A stretch of 64,000 nt of DNA from an uncultured Methanosarcinaceae archaeon (GCA_963833425.1 CAWHXP010000002.1:352001-416000); one strand, 5' to 3'; shown: positions 47,825-60,013, counted from the stretch's first letter. The notes: a model not told the origin generated them from the letters alone. Program-made: numbers and translations.

Positions 47825-50800
47825 CTATTCTGCTGGCTCTAATTCGCTTTCGTGCTCCATCTCTCTGTGGTACTCGTTGATTGATTTGATCGTAAGGTCC
47901 TGGCCTTTCTTCATGGTCTCGATCGCATCGGCAGCAGCTAATGCTGCCTGGATGGTTGTAATATATGGAACCTTGAAGTCCACCGCTGCCCGCCTGATCC
48001 TTGAACCATCCCTTCGGGACTCTTTGCTTGTTGGGGTGTTGATGATAAGGTCAACTTCGTCCCTGCGCATCATATCTATGACGTTCGGGCTTCCTTCGTG
48101 AACTTTCTTTACCGTATCCATGAAAATCCCATGCTGTGCAAGGTAGCTAACAGTGCCACTTGTGCCCATTAGCTCAAGGCCTGCTGCATGAAGTTTTCTT
48201 GCAACTTCCACAAGTTTGGTCTTGTCGGCATTCCTTATAGATAGGAAAACTTTTCCAGTAAGTGGAAGGAGGTTATCTGCTGCAAGTTCTGCCTTGTAGT
48301 ACGCCCTCCCAAAATCGTAGTCAATTCCCATCACCTCTCCAGTACTTTTCATTTCCGGGCCAAGAACAGGGTCTGCTCCTGGAAGCTTGTCAAAGGGTAG
48401 TAGGACTTCTTTAATGGAAACGTGTTTGGGCTTCGGCTCATCCGTATATCCCATACTTTTTAAGCTATACCCTGCAATCACTTTTGCTGCAATCTTTGCA
48501 AGTGGGATTCCTACTGCTTTTGAGACAAAGGGAATTGTCCTGCTCGAACGCGGATTTGCTTCAAGAACATAAACATTTCCATCTTTTTCTGCCATCTGGA
48601 TGTTGATCAACCCTTTTACCCTTAGCGCGAGTGCAATCTTCCGTGTATAACTCCTTACCATATCAAGCACTTCAGGCGATAGGGACTGGGGAGGAATTAC
48701 ACAGGCTGAGTCTCCGGAATGTACTCCTGCTTCTTCAATATGCTCCATGATTGCGCCGATAAGTACGTCTTTCTGGTCGCAGATCGCGTCAACATCAATT
48801 TCGCAGGCTGCTTCAAGGAAATCGTCGATAAGGATCGGGTGTTCTGGAGAGACCCTCACAGCTTCTTTCATATAACGTTCAAGGTCAATTTCGTCATAAA
48901 CGATTTCCATTGCTCTCCCACCTAGAACATAGGAGGGGCGCACAAGGACAGGGAAGCCGATCCTTTTCGCAACCTCAATTGCTTCCTGCTGAGACGTTGC
49001 ATACCCACCTTCGGGCTGCTGGATCCCAAGTTTCTGCATCAACATATAGAATTTTTCCCTATCTTCGGCAAGATCCATATCTTCAGGGTCAGTGCCCATG
49101 ATGACAGTATCAAGGTATGTCTTACGCTTTAATTCTCGCTTTAGGGGAAGTGCAAGGTTCACCGAAGTCTGTCCTCCAAACTGCACCAGTACACCATCAG
49201 GCCTCTCACATTCAATTACGTTCATGACGTATTCCATGGTTAAGGGCTCAAAAAAAAGCTTGTCAGAGGTGTCAAAGTCTGTGGAAACGGTTTCAGGGTT
49301 GTTATTGATGATATGGGTCTCAATACCCTCCTCCCTAAGCGCAGTAACTGCATGAACTGTACAGTAATCGAATTCTATTCCCTGGCCTATCCTGATAGGC
49401 CCTGCACCAAGGATGAGGATCTTTTTCCGGTTGGTCGGGTTTATTTCACATGTATCTGCGTAAGTGGAATAATAATAAGGAGTTGCTGCCTGAAACTCGG
49501 CTGCACATGTGTCCACCATCTTGAAAGTGGCCACAATGTTTGCTACGCGCCGGATGTCATTGATTTCTTGTTCGGTTTTGCCAGTTAGTTCTGCAAGGCG
49601 CGTATCAGGAAATCCCATCTTTTTTGCCTCATGCAGGAGCTCAGTAGTGAGTCCTTCCATCCTGATACACTTTTCCATGTCCACGATCTTTTTCATCTTT
49701 GAGATGAAAAAAGGGTTGATATTAGAAAGTTCTGCAATTTCCTTTATCGACATTCCTCTCTCAAGCGCATTGAAGATGACAAAAAAACGTTCACTTGTGG
49801 GAGTCTTTAGAAGAGTCTTGATTTCCAGCTCTTCCCAGCGCTTTACACCTAGTTGGTTGTCTATATCCAGAGACTTGAAAGCCTTCATCAGAGACTCTTC
49901 AATTGTCCTGCCTATAGCCATGACTTCTCCAGTGCTTTTCATGGCTGTTGTCAGGGTTTTGTCTGCAGTTGTGAATTTGTCAAAAGGCCACCTAGGAATT
50001 TTCATAATTAAGTAATCTAGAGCCGGCTCAAAGGAAGCTGGAGTACTCTTGGTTACATTATTTATAATCTCGTCAAGAGTCATTCCAATTGCAATCTTTG
50101 CGGTTACGCGGGCAATCGGATAACCTGTAGCTTTGGACGCAAGGGCTGATGATCTCGAAACCCTTGGATTGACCTCAACAACTCTGTAGTCCCCTTCTTT
50201 TAAAGCGTACTGGATATTGCATCCACCTTCAATCTTAAGAGCACGGATAATTTTGATTGATGCAGTCCTAAGCATCTGGTGCTCTGCATCTGTCAGGGTC
50301 TGAGAAGGGGCAACAACTATTGATTCTCCGGTATGCACCCCCATTGCATCGATGTTTTGCATGTTACAAATCATGATACAGGTATCGTTTGCATCCCTCA
50401 TGACCTCGTACTCGATCTCTGCCCATCCGAGAACGCTTTCTTCGATAAGCACCTGGGAAATGCGGCTGCGCCTTAGTCCGCGTTCAGAGATTTCCAGGAG
50501 TTCTTCTTTTGTATGGGCAATTCCGCCTCCGGCCCCACCCAAAGTATAAGCCGGCCGAACAATTAGAGGTAGGCCCAGTTCCTCTCCAGCCTCTTCAGCT
50601 TCTTTTATGGAGTTAACTGCACGACTCAAGGGGACTTTTTCTCCTATCCTGAGCATGGTCTCCTTGAAGAGTTCCCGATTTTCTGTATTTTTGATAGCTT
50701 CAACAGGAGTACCAAGTATACGGATTCCATATTTTTCAAATACTCCCATTTCCGCAAGTTCACTTGTGATATTTAAGCCAGTCTGTCCGCCTATACCTGC

Positions 50801-51061
50801 GATTATCCCGTCGGGTAACTCTTTTTCTATGATTTTTTCTATAATTCTGGCATCAAGGGGTTCGATGTAGATAAAATCGGCCATCTCTGGATCGGTCATA
50901 ATTGTCGCAGGGTTTGAGTTCACAAGAACAACTTGCACACCTTCTTCTTTTAAGGATCTACAAGCTTGGCTGCCTGAAAAGTCGAACTCTGCAGCCTGGC
51001 CAATAGTTATAGGGCCTGAACCTATAAGCAAAACTTTCTTGATATCCCCCCGTTTCGGCAT
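47825..51061 (-). CDS. carB: Carbamoyl-phosphate synthase large subunit
   Basis: MPKR...GSGPITIGQAAEFDFSG, two ATP-grasp halves and a C-terminal MGS domain. Confidence 0.98.
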   Translation of the reverse strand: MPKRGDIKKVLLIGSGPITIGQAAEFDFSGSQACRSLKEEGVQVVLVNSNPATIMTDPEMADFIYIEPLDARIIEKIIEKELPDGIIAGIGGQTGLNITSELAEMGVFEKYGIRILGTPVEAIKNTENRELFKETMLRIGEKVPLSRAVNSIKEAEEAGEELGLPLIVRPAYTLGGAGGGIAHTKEELLEISERGLRRSRISQVLIEESVLGWAEIEYEVMRDANDTCIMICNMQNIDAMGVHTGESIVVAPSQTLTDAEHQMLRTASIKIIRALKIEGGCNIQYALKEGDYRVVEVNPRVSRSSALASKATGYPIARVTAKIAIGMTLDEIINNVTKSTPASFEPALDYLIMKIPRWPFDKFTTADKTLTTAMKSTGEVMAIGRTIEESLMKAFKSLDIDNQLGVKRWEELEIKTLLKTPTSERFFVIFNALERGMSIKEIAELSNINPFFISKMKKIVDMEKCIRMEGLTTELLHEAKKMGFPDTRLAELTGKTEQEINDIRRVANIVATFKMVDTCAAEFQAATPYYYSTYADTCEINPTNRKKILILGAGPIRIGQGIEFDYCTVHAVTALREEGIETHIINNNPETVSTDFDTSDKLFFEPLTMEYVMNVIECERPDGVLVQFGGQTSVNLALPLKRELKRKTYLDTVIMGTDPEDMDLAEDREKFYMLMQKLGIQQPEGGYATSQQEAIEVAKRIGFPVLVRPSYVLGGRAMEIVYDEIDLERYMKEAVRVSPEHPILIDDFLEAACEIDVDAICDQKDVLIGAIMEHIEEAGVHSGDSACVIPPQSLSPEVLDMVRSYTRKIALALRVKGLINIQMAEKDGNVYVLEANPRSSRTIPFVSKAVGIPLAKIAAKVIAGYSLKSMGYTDEPKPKHVSIKEVLLPFDKLPGADPVLGPEMKSTGEVMGIDYDFGRAYYKAELAADNLLPLTGKVFLSIRNADKTKLVEVARKLHAAGLELMGTSGTVSYLAQHGIFMDTVKKVHEGSPNVIDMMRRDEVDLIINTPTSKESRRDGSRIRRAAVDFKVPYITTIQAALAAADAIETMKKGQDLTIKSINEYHREMEHESELEPAE

Positions 51062-52170
51062 CAAATTTCACCCCCTAGGACTTTTACAACCTTACTGAAG
51101 AACTTTTCCTCTGTATCCATAGGTCCTGCTTGAGCTTCAGGATGGAACTGCACACTGAAGATATCCAAGTCTTTATGAGAAACTCCTTCAACTGTTTTAT
51201 CATTTGTGTTAATATAGCTTTCATATAGCCCAGTCCCATCCAGAGAGTCAGCATCAACCGCATATCCATGGTTCTGAGAGGTTATGAAAACTTTGTTTTC
51301 CACTAGATCTTTTACTGGTTGATTCCCTCCTCTGTGCCCGAATTTCAACTTATACGTCCTTGCTCCCATAGCAAGGGAGATAATCTGATGCCCGAAGCAT
51401 ATTCCACAGACTGGAATCGTGCCTGCAAAAGCTTTTACTGCATTAATTGCTTCTATTGCCTTTTCTGGATCTCCAGGACCGTTTGAAACGATAAGGAGAT
51501 CTGGTTCGTAGCTTGCAATTTCTGTGGTTTTTGTAGTCGCTGGAACAATTGTAAGGTCGATCCCTCTTTTATGCAGGTTGTTTATTATATTGCGTTTTAT
51601 CCCAAGGTCAACTATAACTGCATGTTTGTGCCTACTGCTACCTTTCCAGGCACCATTTGATCCAGGAATAAAACGAGGTTCTCTGCAGGTTACGAGGGAA
51701 ATCAGTTCCTCGTCCGTTATCTGCGGAAAGTTCCTTGCCACAGAGACAGCCTCTTCTCCGTCATCATTGCCAGTGATAAGGGCTGCACGCATTGTTCCGC
51801 GTTCTCTTGTCCTGATGGTGAGCATGCGACTGTCTACGCCTTCTATTCCTGGTTTTCCTTCGTCTTCTAAAAATTTATGGATGCAACGTGTTGATTTATA
51901 ATGATAAGGATCTTTACATGCCTCTCGAACAACAAGTCCCTCCGCATGAATGTTATCTGATTGGAAACGCTCCCCACTGACGCCATAATTCCCGATTAAT
52001 GGATAAGTAAACATTAAAATCTGACCCTTATAAGAAGGGTCTGTCAGAGCCTCCTCATATCCTGTGAATTGAGTGGTAAAGACAAGTTCACCACAAGCCG
52101 TCCCTTCAACACCAAAACCAGTGCCACTGATAACTGTTCCGTCTTCTAAGCCTAGTACTGCTTTCATCAT
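51061..52170 (-). CDS. carA: Carbamoyl-phosphate synthase small subunit
   Basis: LEDGT, LTDPSY, SNGPGDP, GICFGHQ and VQFHPEA motifs; likely start at 52170 or 52167. Confidence 0.97.
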   Translation of the reverse strand: MMKAVLGLEDGTVISGTGFGVEGTACGELVFTTQFTGYEEALTDPSYKGQILMFTYPLIGNYGVSGERFQSDNIHAEGLVVREACKDPYHYKSTRCIHKFLEDEGKPGIEGVDSRMLTIRTRERGTMRAALITGNDDGEEAVSVARNFPQITDEELISLVTCREPRFIPGSNGAWKGSSRHKHAVIVDLGIKRNIINNLHKRGIDLTIVPATTKTTEIASYEPDLLIVSNGPGDPEKAIEAINAVKAFAGTIPVCGICFGHQIISLAMGARTYKLKFGHRGGNQPVKDLVENKVFITSQNHGYAVDADSLDGTGLYESYINTNDKTVEGVSHKDLDIFSVQFHPEAQAGPMDTEEKFFSKVVKVLGGEI

Positions 52171-53332
52171 CTGAACCTGCGAGTAAATGTCATAAGACAT
52201 GTATAAGTTTTACGATGACTTTCAAGATTCCCTACATTAAAAGTATTCTTGAGTTTATTATGTGTCCTACATTCTGTCGATGTTAACACATGTAGAATTT
52301 GTTTGCTTATTTGCTTCTTATTCGTTGAAAATTAGAGAATTTTAAAGTTGTTGTATATTGAGAATAATGGATGGCAGTCTTATTATATATCTGCAGAAAG
52401 TGAAAAGATATATATTTCAATATAAATATATATCATCTTAATATTGTTTATCTGCTATCTTAGCAGCTTTGTATTATTGAAGATTTCTCTAAAGTTAGAA
52501 TTAACAAGAATTCGTGTTCTTGTAAAGCAAAAACACTATTATCTTAAGATCAGCTGAAAGTCTGGTACAAGCAAAATCGGACAGTAGAAATTGGAAGTAT
52601 TAAATAATAGTAAAATGATACTATTATGATTATTGAATGCAGTAGGAATATTGTCTGAAATTCTTAATCTTAAAATGAATGAAAAAATTGACACCATACA
52701 TAATGAATTAAAGCCATAATATCATGGGATGTAAACCAATGGTAGAAGTGTCAGAGAATTATACCTCTGAGTCTAAATGGAGAGACGGTTCCCAGAAGAT
52801 TTTGGTAGGCGTGAATATAGGAAAATTAATGCAGTTTCAGAGAATAAAAATGAGAATGTTGAGATAATAGTCAACGATGCGGATGAGGTCAGGGGAAAAA
52901 TTCTATCAAAGCTTTCTTTGTTTAGAGAAAGAAATGAGTCATCAATTGGTTAAGATTTTCCATCCGAACTCAACCTATTTTACTAAAATGTCCTTCATCT
53001 TTCATTTTACTTTCTGATAAATTGTAGCTGGATTTATCAAAAACCACTACCTTTCGGCGATTCTATAGCTTTTTGATTGATAAGAGTCTGCATTTGCATC
53101 ATGTAGTTATTATTCATTGATTTGATCCCATCTAGCTCTTTTTTCAATTAAGGCGTTAATCTCAAATATGCAGATCTAGATGCTGAGAAAATTTATAAAT
53201 TGCTATTGGCACCAGTTGGGTACTGTTTCTAAGAAGATCACATTAAAAAGCTCATTAACGAAGAAGCTACCACTTTAAAAATCACCACCCTTCTCTATTT
53301 ATTCCAATAAACAAATTGGAGTCCAAAATTCT

Positions 53333-55989
53333 ATGAACTCCGAAAACACAAAACCAGTCATCTTTCTAGCTTTCGCAAATGAACACGAGGACGAAGTAAG
53401 ATATCTGCGCAACTTGCCGGAAGAGGCACGGAATACCCGCCATGTTCTTGATTTTGCTAGCAGGAATGGATTATGCGAAATAGTCGAACGTTCCAATGCC
53501 ACTTTGCGTGATATATTGGACGTATTTCAGGATCCCTTATATTCTAATAGAATTGCTATATTCCATTATAGCGGTCATTCCAAAGGCACCAGCTTTTGCT
53601 GGAATCTGAACAGGGGGCGTACCACTGCCGCACATGCAGGAGGCTTGGCTGCATTTCTGGGGCAACAGGATGGCCTGCAACTAGTCTTTCTCAATGGTTG
53701 TGCTACTCAGAAAAGGTACAAGGGTTGATCTATGAAAAAATCTCCATGGTCATAGCCACGTCTTGATCCATAGATAACCAGGTGGCTATGGAATTTGCGA
53801 GGTGCTTCTACAAGGGCCTTGCTGGAGGGGCTAATGTCCAGAGAGCCTACAACGAAACTAGGGCTGCGATTCAGACAACACACGGCGAAGGCCCGCGAAA
53901 CCTGTATTTTGCGGGAGCAGAGCCGAGGATTTAGTTGAAGACCGCTGGCCATGGGATTTATACTGTTGCCCTGGGGCTGAATTAGAAGTTCAATGGAGTC
54001 TGCCGGAGGCCGTTGGTAACCCTCTCTTTGGACTACCCCCGGTTCCAGCGCAGGATTTGCCACCCAGCCCCTTCCGTTACCTAAGTTGGTTTGCCAGAGA
54101 ACAAGCATAAATTTTCTTTGGCGGGGTTATGAGATTCGAGATTTATATCAACGGGCGACTGATCCTGATTCAGAGCCGATTATCCTTTGTTAGGACCAAA
54201 CTGGGGTAGGCAAATCTTCGGTGATAGCTGCCTGTCTGCTTCCTCGATTAGAGAGAAGCCATGAAATTTGTTATCTGCGTCGAGACTTCAAAAAAGGCTT
54301 GTTGGGAACACTACTGGAGGGTTTGTCTGAAAAGCAAGGTATGACTTTGGCTGAATCCTGGTTTAGATAGAGAGGGCCAAACTGGAAAACCATTAGTCAT
54401 CATCCTAGACCAGGCTGAAGAGGCGTTCACTCGCCATAATCCTGATCTGCACAATGAACACCCTGATTTCTGGAAAGCTTTGGAAGCCATTTTCGGAAAT
54501 CGAAGCCTACGACCCAAGGAAAACTGATATTAGGCTTCTGTAAAGAATATTTAGTGGAGATAGAAAAACAGCTCACCGATCGAAAACTGCCATTTTCCAG
54601 GGTACTTCTAGAACAACTCTACCAAAGAGGCATTATCGAAGCCGTTAGTGGAACAGCCAGGAGCGGATGACTGCAGCAACATTATGGGCTTAAGATCGAG
54701 CCTGGTTTGCCGGATTTGCCGGACATCATAGCTAATGACCTGTTAGAGGACCGTGAATCCACCATTGCCCCCATCCTTCAGATTCTGCTCACCAAGATGT
54801 GGGACAAGGCCAAAGAAAAGGATCATGAGCACCCTGTCTTTGATCGAGAACTCTACCAGACTTTAAAGAGAAAGGGGATCCATCTGAAGGACTTCCTAGA
54901 CCAACAGCTTGTTGCTCTAAAAGAATGGGACCCTGAAGTCGTTAACTCAGGGTTGGCCCTGAATATACTGGAATTTCGCATCACACCTTTGAGAACAGCG
55001 GAGGAACGAACTGAAGAGCAGCTCCGGCTGACATATAGACACCAAAGCCAAGTCATCAATCCTCTAATCCAAAAATGTGTGGATTTATACTTGCTTGAAA
55101 GGCTGAGCAAAGCTGTAACAAATCGCTTATTCCATGCTACTCTAGCGCCATTGGTTCGACAGCACTTCACCGCCTCAGACAGCCCGGACAGAGAGCGAGG
55201 CGTATTCTTGAGAGCCGTCCTGTAGGTTGGCAGGATGACCAACAGGGCACCCCTCTGGATGAATCTGAGCTCTCCATGGTTGAAAAGGGAAAGGACGGGA
55301 TGCGAGCCTGGAAAACTGCCGAAGAACGATTAGTGAAAGCTAGCAGGAAGAAACGGGATAAAAGTAAAGGAGAAAAGCGGTTTTTACGTGGCGTGGTCAT
55401 TGGTGCTATATTTGTGATAATCTGTCTAGCTGTAGCTACAACCTATATGTGGCAGAGCGCGGAAGCCAAGACGAAAGATGCTCGTGCTTTGAATTTAAAT
55501 TTACAATCCAGCAGTCTCTCTAAATATCCTAGAACTCTGGAAAAAAGCATTCTTCTTGCTATCGAATCATTTCGAATTCGTAGAACATTAGATGTGATCA
55601 GTTAATACGTCGGGGATTATCACTCATACCTCATAGCTTTGTATCTTTGAATCATAATGCTTCGGTGAATAATGTCGTGTTCAGTCCTGATGGAAAATAC
55701 TTCGCTACAGCGAGTGTTGACACAACCGCGCGTTTATGGGATGAATCTACAGGTAAACAAATTTTAGTTCTGAACCATGATGATTCGGTGTTTGATGTTG
55801 TATTCAGTCCTGATGGAAAATACATCGCTACGGAGAGTGTTGGCAAAACCGCAAGGTTGTGGATATGTCATACAGACGATCTTATAAACGAAACCAGCAA
55901 TCGTTTAACCCGGAATCTCACACCAAAGGAATGGAGAAGGTATAATGGGTGATGAACCTTATCAAAAAATATTTCCAAATTTACCATAA
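53333..55989 (+). pseudogene. CHAT protease - nSTAND1 NTPase - TM - WD40 protein pseudogene
   Basis: FHYSGH and VFLNGC (CHAT His/Cys); PFRYL...FFGR; (G)QTGVGKSS Walker A at about 54195; LVIILDQAEE Walker B at about 54395; TM segment; two FSPDGKY WD40 repeats; many frameshifts and stops. Confidence 0.85.
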
Positions 55990-55991
55990 AA

Positions 55992-56351
55992 TGGTCGTGT
56001 CTGTGAGTCATTGAGCAACTATTAAAAAACTAGCATACCATCTATGTTTTGGAGATTATAAAGAGATTTTTGCACCACAACCCGTTTATTAGGGTGAATA
56101 AAAAAGTATTTTTTCACTGTGTTTATCCAGTTCTGGATTAATTGAAGCCCAGATAGTTTTATGATATTGATATCCAATGTTATGTTTTTCGTAGTACTTT
56201 GGGAATTCTTTCCTTAAACTGGTTGTGGTGCAAAAAATCTGGTTTTGTTGCAGAATCAGTATAAAAACCTTCACAATTAGGAAAGTTAATCATTCTTATC
56301 ACCGGGAAAAATGGTACTCAAAGGCAAGAATTATAGTATAAAATTGCTACC
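55992..56351. repeat. Pair of inverted 18-bp ends, possibly two IS1-like MITE remnants
   Basis: GATTTTTGCACCACAACC (about 56064-56082) and GGTTGTGGTGCAAAAAATC (56221-56239). The IS1 relationship is inferred only from the GGT-start end. Confidence 0.4.
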
Positions 56352-57039
56352 ATTCGGGCAAATTGGAAGGTAAAAGCGAAGAATTTATAGAAAAATACAG
56401 GGATTACTACTTCAAAATGGCCGAAGAATCACCAAACTAGAAACTTTTCCATCATGCCTACTTTTGGGCAGCTTTTTACAGTTAACTGAGCATAAAATTA
56501 TGGTTGGGTTTGATAGTGTGGAGATTTTGGAGCTAACTAATTTACCCCAGTTATATATTTGCATTTCATCTGAATTATCCACATATTTGACTATTAATAG
56601 AAAAGTCATTTAATTTTAAATCCGATTACTTTTATGTCAAAAAGTGGCCTACCCTTAATTACTTTAGTAGAGATTACCGATTTAAATGGTGGCCACAAGT
56701 TGGATGGAAAGAACTAGATACTAAGCGATTTGATGTCTTAAATAAATAGATCACGGCTTCAAAGTTGAGATGGATAAGTTATGGGATTGAGAGAAACTAG
56801 TTTTTAAAAACAGCTAAGCATAATATAGTCTTAATAGTTTCAGACAACGAAAGGATTTTAAAACTAGACTTTTTAGAAAGTCATATTTAGTTATCTTGAT
56901 ACTTCAATGTGATAAATCGAAATTATCTATTATTTTGAAACAAAATCAATTGAGATCTTTATAAAGACCAACTGCTATATAAGGAGTATTGTTCCATAAA
57001 TAATATGGAAAAAACGGAAAGAAAAAAGAGGAGTTAGGA

Positions 57040-57531
57040 ATGAATAGTAGTATTTTCAGGAAGATTATGGTTGCAACTGATGGTTCAGAACTAACAAAAA
57101 AAGCAGTTGATTCAGCAATTGAAATTACAAAGTTAAATGATGCAAAGCTTTATGCTGTACATGTAATCGCTCCGGGAGATTTTTCGATAACTCAAAATGA
57201 GCCCAAAGCTTCGATAACACAAAATGAGCCCAGAGATGCAGAATGGAAAAAGGAAATGAAAGAGCATCTTGCAACACAAGGCAGGGAATCTACGGCTTAT
57301 GTAGAAAATTCCGGAAAAATTGCAAGTATTGCAGTAGAATCCGTAATTCTTGAAGGAAACCCTGCTGATGAAATTATCGACTTTGCAGAAAAAAACGACA
57401 TCGATCTTATAGTTATGGGTACACTTGGAAAAACAGGGATAAAGAGGTTCTTACTCGGAAGTGTAGCCGAAAATGTGGTTAGGCACTCAAAAAAAGCAGT
57501 ACTTGTTGTAAGGGGAGTAACGGCCAAATAG
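57040..57531 (+). CDS. Universal stress protein (UspA family)
   Basis: IMVATDGS, GNPADEI and IVMGTLGKTG...LLGSVAENVVRHS motifs; internal 27-bp duplication (SITQNEP twice). Confidence 0.95.
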   Translation: MNSSIFRKIMVATDGSELTKKAVDSAIEITKLNDAKLYAVHVIAPGDFSITQNEPKASITQNEPRDAEWKKEMKEHLATQGRESTAYVENSGKIASIAVESVILEGNPADEIIDFAEKNDIDLIVMGTLGKTGIKRFLLGSVAENVVRHSKKAVLVVRGVTAK

Positions 57532-57894
57532 GAAAAAATAGTTATGATTTTTACCCTCTATAGGTCAAAATAGGCTAGTTTAGGAAGCTCACAACTACGG
57601 AAAAGTCCATCATCAAAATTTTTAATCGATTCAATAGTCTTATCGCTGATTTTCTGCAAAATCATAAATCTCAAAGATTCATAGAGTAGAAATTGTGCAT
57701 AAAAGTTGTTAACTGATAAAGAATAATTCTATCAAAATTATAACTTTTATACAAGTATCACCAAAGCATCATTTCACTAGCAGAGGAGAGTTAATCACTT
57801 ATTTCAAATTACTTGCGCCCTGAAAAAACGAAAAGCAAAAAATCATGTTGAAATTTCTTGTAAAACTCTCGTTTGTATAGTATCATTGGTTATA

Positions 57895-57983
57895 GAGGAT
57901 TTCGATAAACCTCTGATTTCAACAAATTGCTTATATACCGTTTATAAACTATCTACTAAAAAGTGGGGTTTATCGAAATCGTC
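57895..57983. mobile_element. 89-bp MITE, opposite orientation to 36528
   Basis: Both TIRs and TATA/TATA duplication. Confidence 0.9.
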
Positions 57984-58038
57984 TATAGTAAAGCATAAAA
58001 TTACTTGGTCTTCAGCCCAATGGATGTCAGCGTCAACT

Positions 58039-58436
58039 TTAACCCTTGTTAGTATGTAATTTTCAGCTACTTCTGTGCTAACCTTGCCACTAACAGATGC
58101 GGGGTACCCACCTTTCTAATAACGTATATTCTTTACAATAGTATTTTTCCACCACTCTTTTTGAGTTTTCTATAATCTAATTATCGTCTCTTGTGTCAAT
58201 TATAGAATGATCGCAAGAGTGCTGACTTGTGGCTAGCTCTTAAAGAGTAGATGGATGTTATCTTTGTCAGTCTCCATTTCTAGTATTTCAAAATCGATCT
58301 CCATTTCAATGTCATGAATTAGCTGTTTGAATTTTTAGTCAATCGGTTCTAGTATCTTTTTCGACACTTGCAGTGATACATTAACAAAAATTTGCTAAGA
58401 TTTTTTTGTTCACACTCCGTGTTTATAAAAACACAT
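58039..58436 (-). pseudogene. tnpA: IS200-type HUH transposase pseudogene
   Basis: SKFLLMYH...CK.RK, EILEMETDKDNIHLLF (HUH changed to NIH) and ENYILT pieces. Confidence 0.75.
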
Positions 58437-58464
58437 CTGTATCGTTAAATAGATTACGTATTTT

Positions 58465-59571
58465 ATGATAAAAGCATTCGATTTTAGGATATATCCTATA
58501 GTTGACCTATCTAACTAACTTGCTCAACATATTGATAGTTATAGGCTCGTCTATATTTAGGGTTTAATCAGAAAGTAAAAACATATGAGCAAATTGGGGA
58601 ATCAATTTCTAGGTTTGACTCAAACAAACTAATTCCGAATTTAAAAAAGCAAAATCTGTGGCTAGAAGGAGTCAATTCCTATTCACTTCAGTTTATGACT
58701 AAACAGGTAAAATCTGCATTCACTAGATTTTTTAGAGAAAAAAAAATGGTTTTCTTAAATTCAAACCAAAGAAGAGTCCGATTCAGTCATTCCGATTCCA
58801 CAACACTCAGTGTGAATTTTGAAAACAATGCTATTAAGCTTCCTCAGATTGGAGAAATAAAAGTAGTTCTTCAAAAACATTTGAAGGAGAATTAAAAACC
58901 GCGACTATTCCGAAATCTTGCCCGGGAAGTATTGATCAACACTTTACTGGAGGATAGAAAAGAACTTCCAGTTAAACAAGTGTTTTCTGAATCTACGACT
59001 TGGTGTAGACCTTGGGATAATAGATTTTACTGTTATGTCAACTAATTAATAGATCGAAAATACTAAGTGCTTAAAAAAACTCTATGAAGAGACTTAAAGT
59101 ACTCAAAAAAAAAAATGGTTAGTCGAAAATAGAATGGTTCTAAAAAGAGAGAAAAAGCCAAACAAAAACTTGCTGTACTTCACGAGAGAATAACAACTTA
59201 GAGAAATGATTTCCTCACAGACTCTCTTTTAAATTTGTTAGTGAGGACCAATCAATAGCTTTTGCCACTCTGAATTTTAAAGGCACGACTAAGAGTCACC
59301 ATTTAGCACAGTCTAAGGTGATTCGTCGTAAAGCAGTTTTGTAATAAAATTAGAATATGAATCAGGATGGTCAGGAAAAATCATTTTTATGATAGGTAAT
59401 TTGAACCATCATCCAAGGTCGATCATATTTATGGAACCATAATTTTAAGCTAACACTAAAGATAGAGAATGGAAATATCCTTAATGCAAGACAAAATATG
59501 ACAGAGACATTAATGCTGCAATCAACATCAACAAATTTTATCTCATCGATAAATATTTAATTGTGATCTGA
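58465..59571 (+). pseudogene. tnpB: RNA-guided endonuclease TnpB pseudogene
   Basis: MIKAFDFRIYP, WLEGVNSYSLQ, IKLPQIGEIK, GVDLGIIDF and DRDINAAINI pieces; numerous frameshifts. Confidence 0.85.
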
Positions 59572-59667
59572 CATCTGTGGAACGCGGGGAATAGACTTGG
59601 GACTTGTTCCCAAAAGAGAAAAGGAGAACCAAGAAGCCACTTAGTCTTCATCTGAGTGGTAGTGCAA
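59572..59667 (+). ncRNA. Degenerate TnpB omega-RNA / right-end region
   Basis: GC-richer segment directly after the tnpB stop (CTGTGGAACGCGGG...GAAGCCACTTAG...CTGAGTGGTAG); identity inferred from position. Confidence 0.5.
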
Positions 59668-60013
59668 TTTACAGGTAATGGTTATTATGCACAACTTCGA
59701 ATGCCAAATCTAGTGATTTCCTACCTAAATAGCAAGTTTTTAGCATAAAAATAACACTCTTAGAAGCTTTGTGTCTTACAGAATACAAATGTATTTGGAG
59801 ACCCTTTATTATCCTCTCAGTTTTGATTGGTTACGGTCAATTACCAGTGAAATTACGAGTACATTTGAACATCCAAAAAAATATTAAAAATACTTATTTT
59901 CATATTACTGAGGTTCAAAAAGTTCTCAAATCAAAAAGTTCCATGGCTTTGTTACTTCACGAATACCAATGCTATTATATTTCTTCCATATATAATATAA
60001 TAGAGGGTTTTAC

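Larger units (their letters stand above)
57990..59667. mobile_element. Decayed IS200/IS605-family element (divergent tnpA + tnpB)
   Basis: tnpA remnant on -, tnpB remnant on +, and a right-end hairpin CCACTTAG-TCTTCAT-CTGAGTGG followed by TAG. Confidence 0.8.

Noticed and set aside
46217..51901. Many short ORFs within argG, carB and carA
   Set aside because: Antisense or alternate-frame shadows of well-supported genes.
35936..54192. In-frame TAG codons in the AI-2E, P-type ATPase, YqhA and STAND genes as possible pyrrolysine sites
   Set aside because: Each gene also has frameshifts or TAA/TGA stops, so read-through would not restore it.
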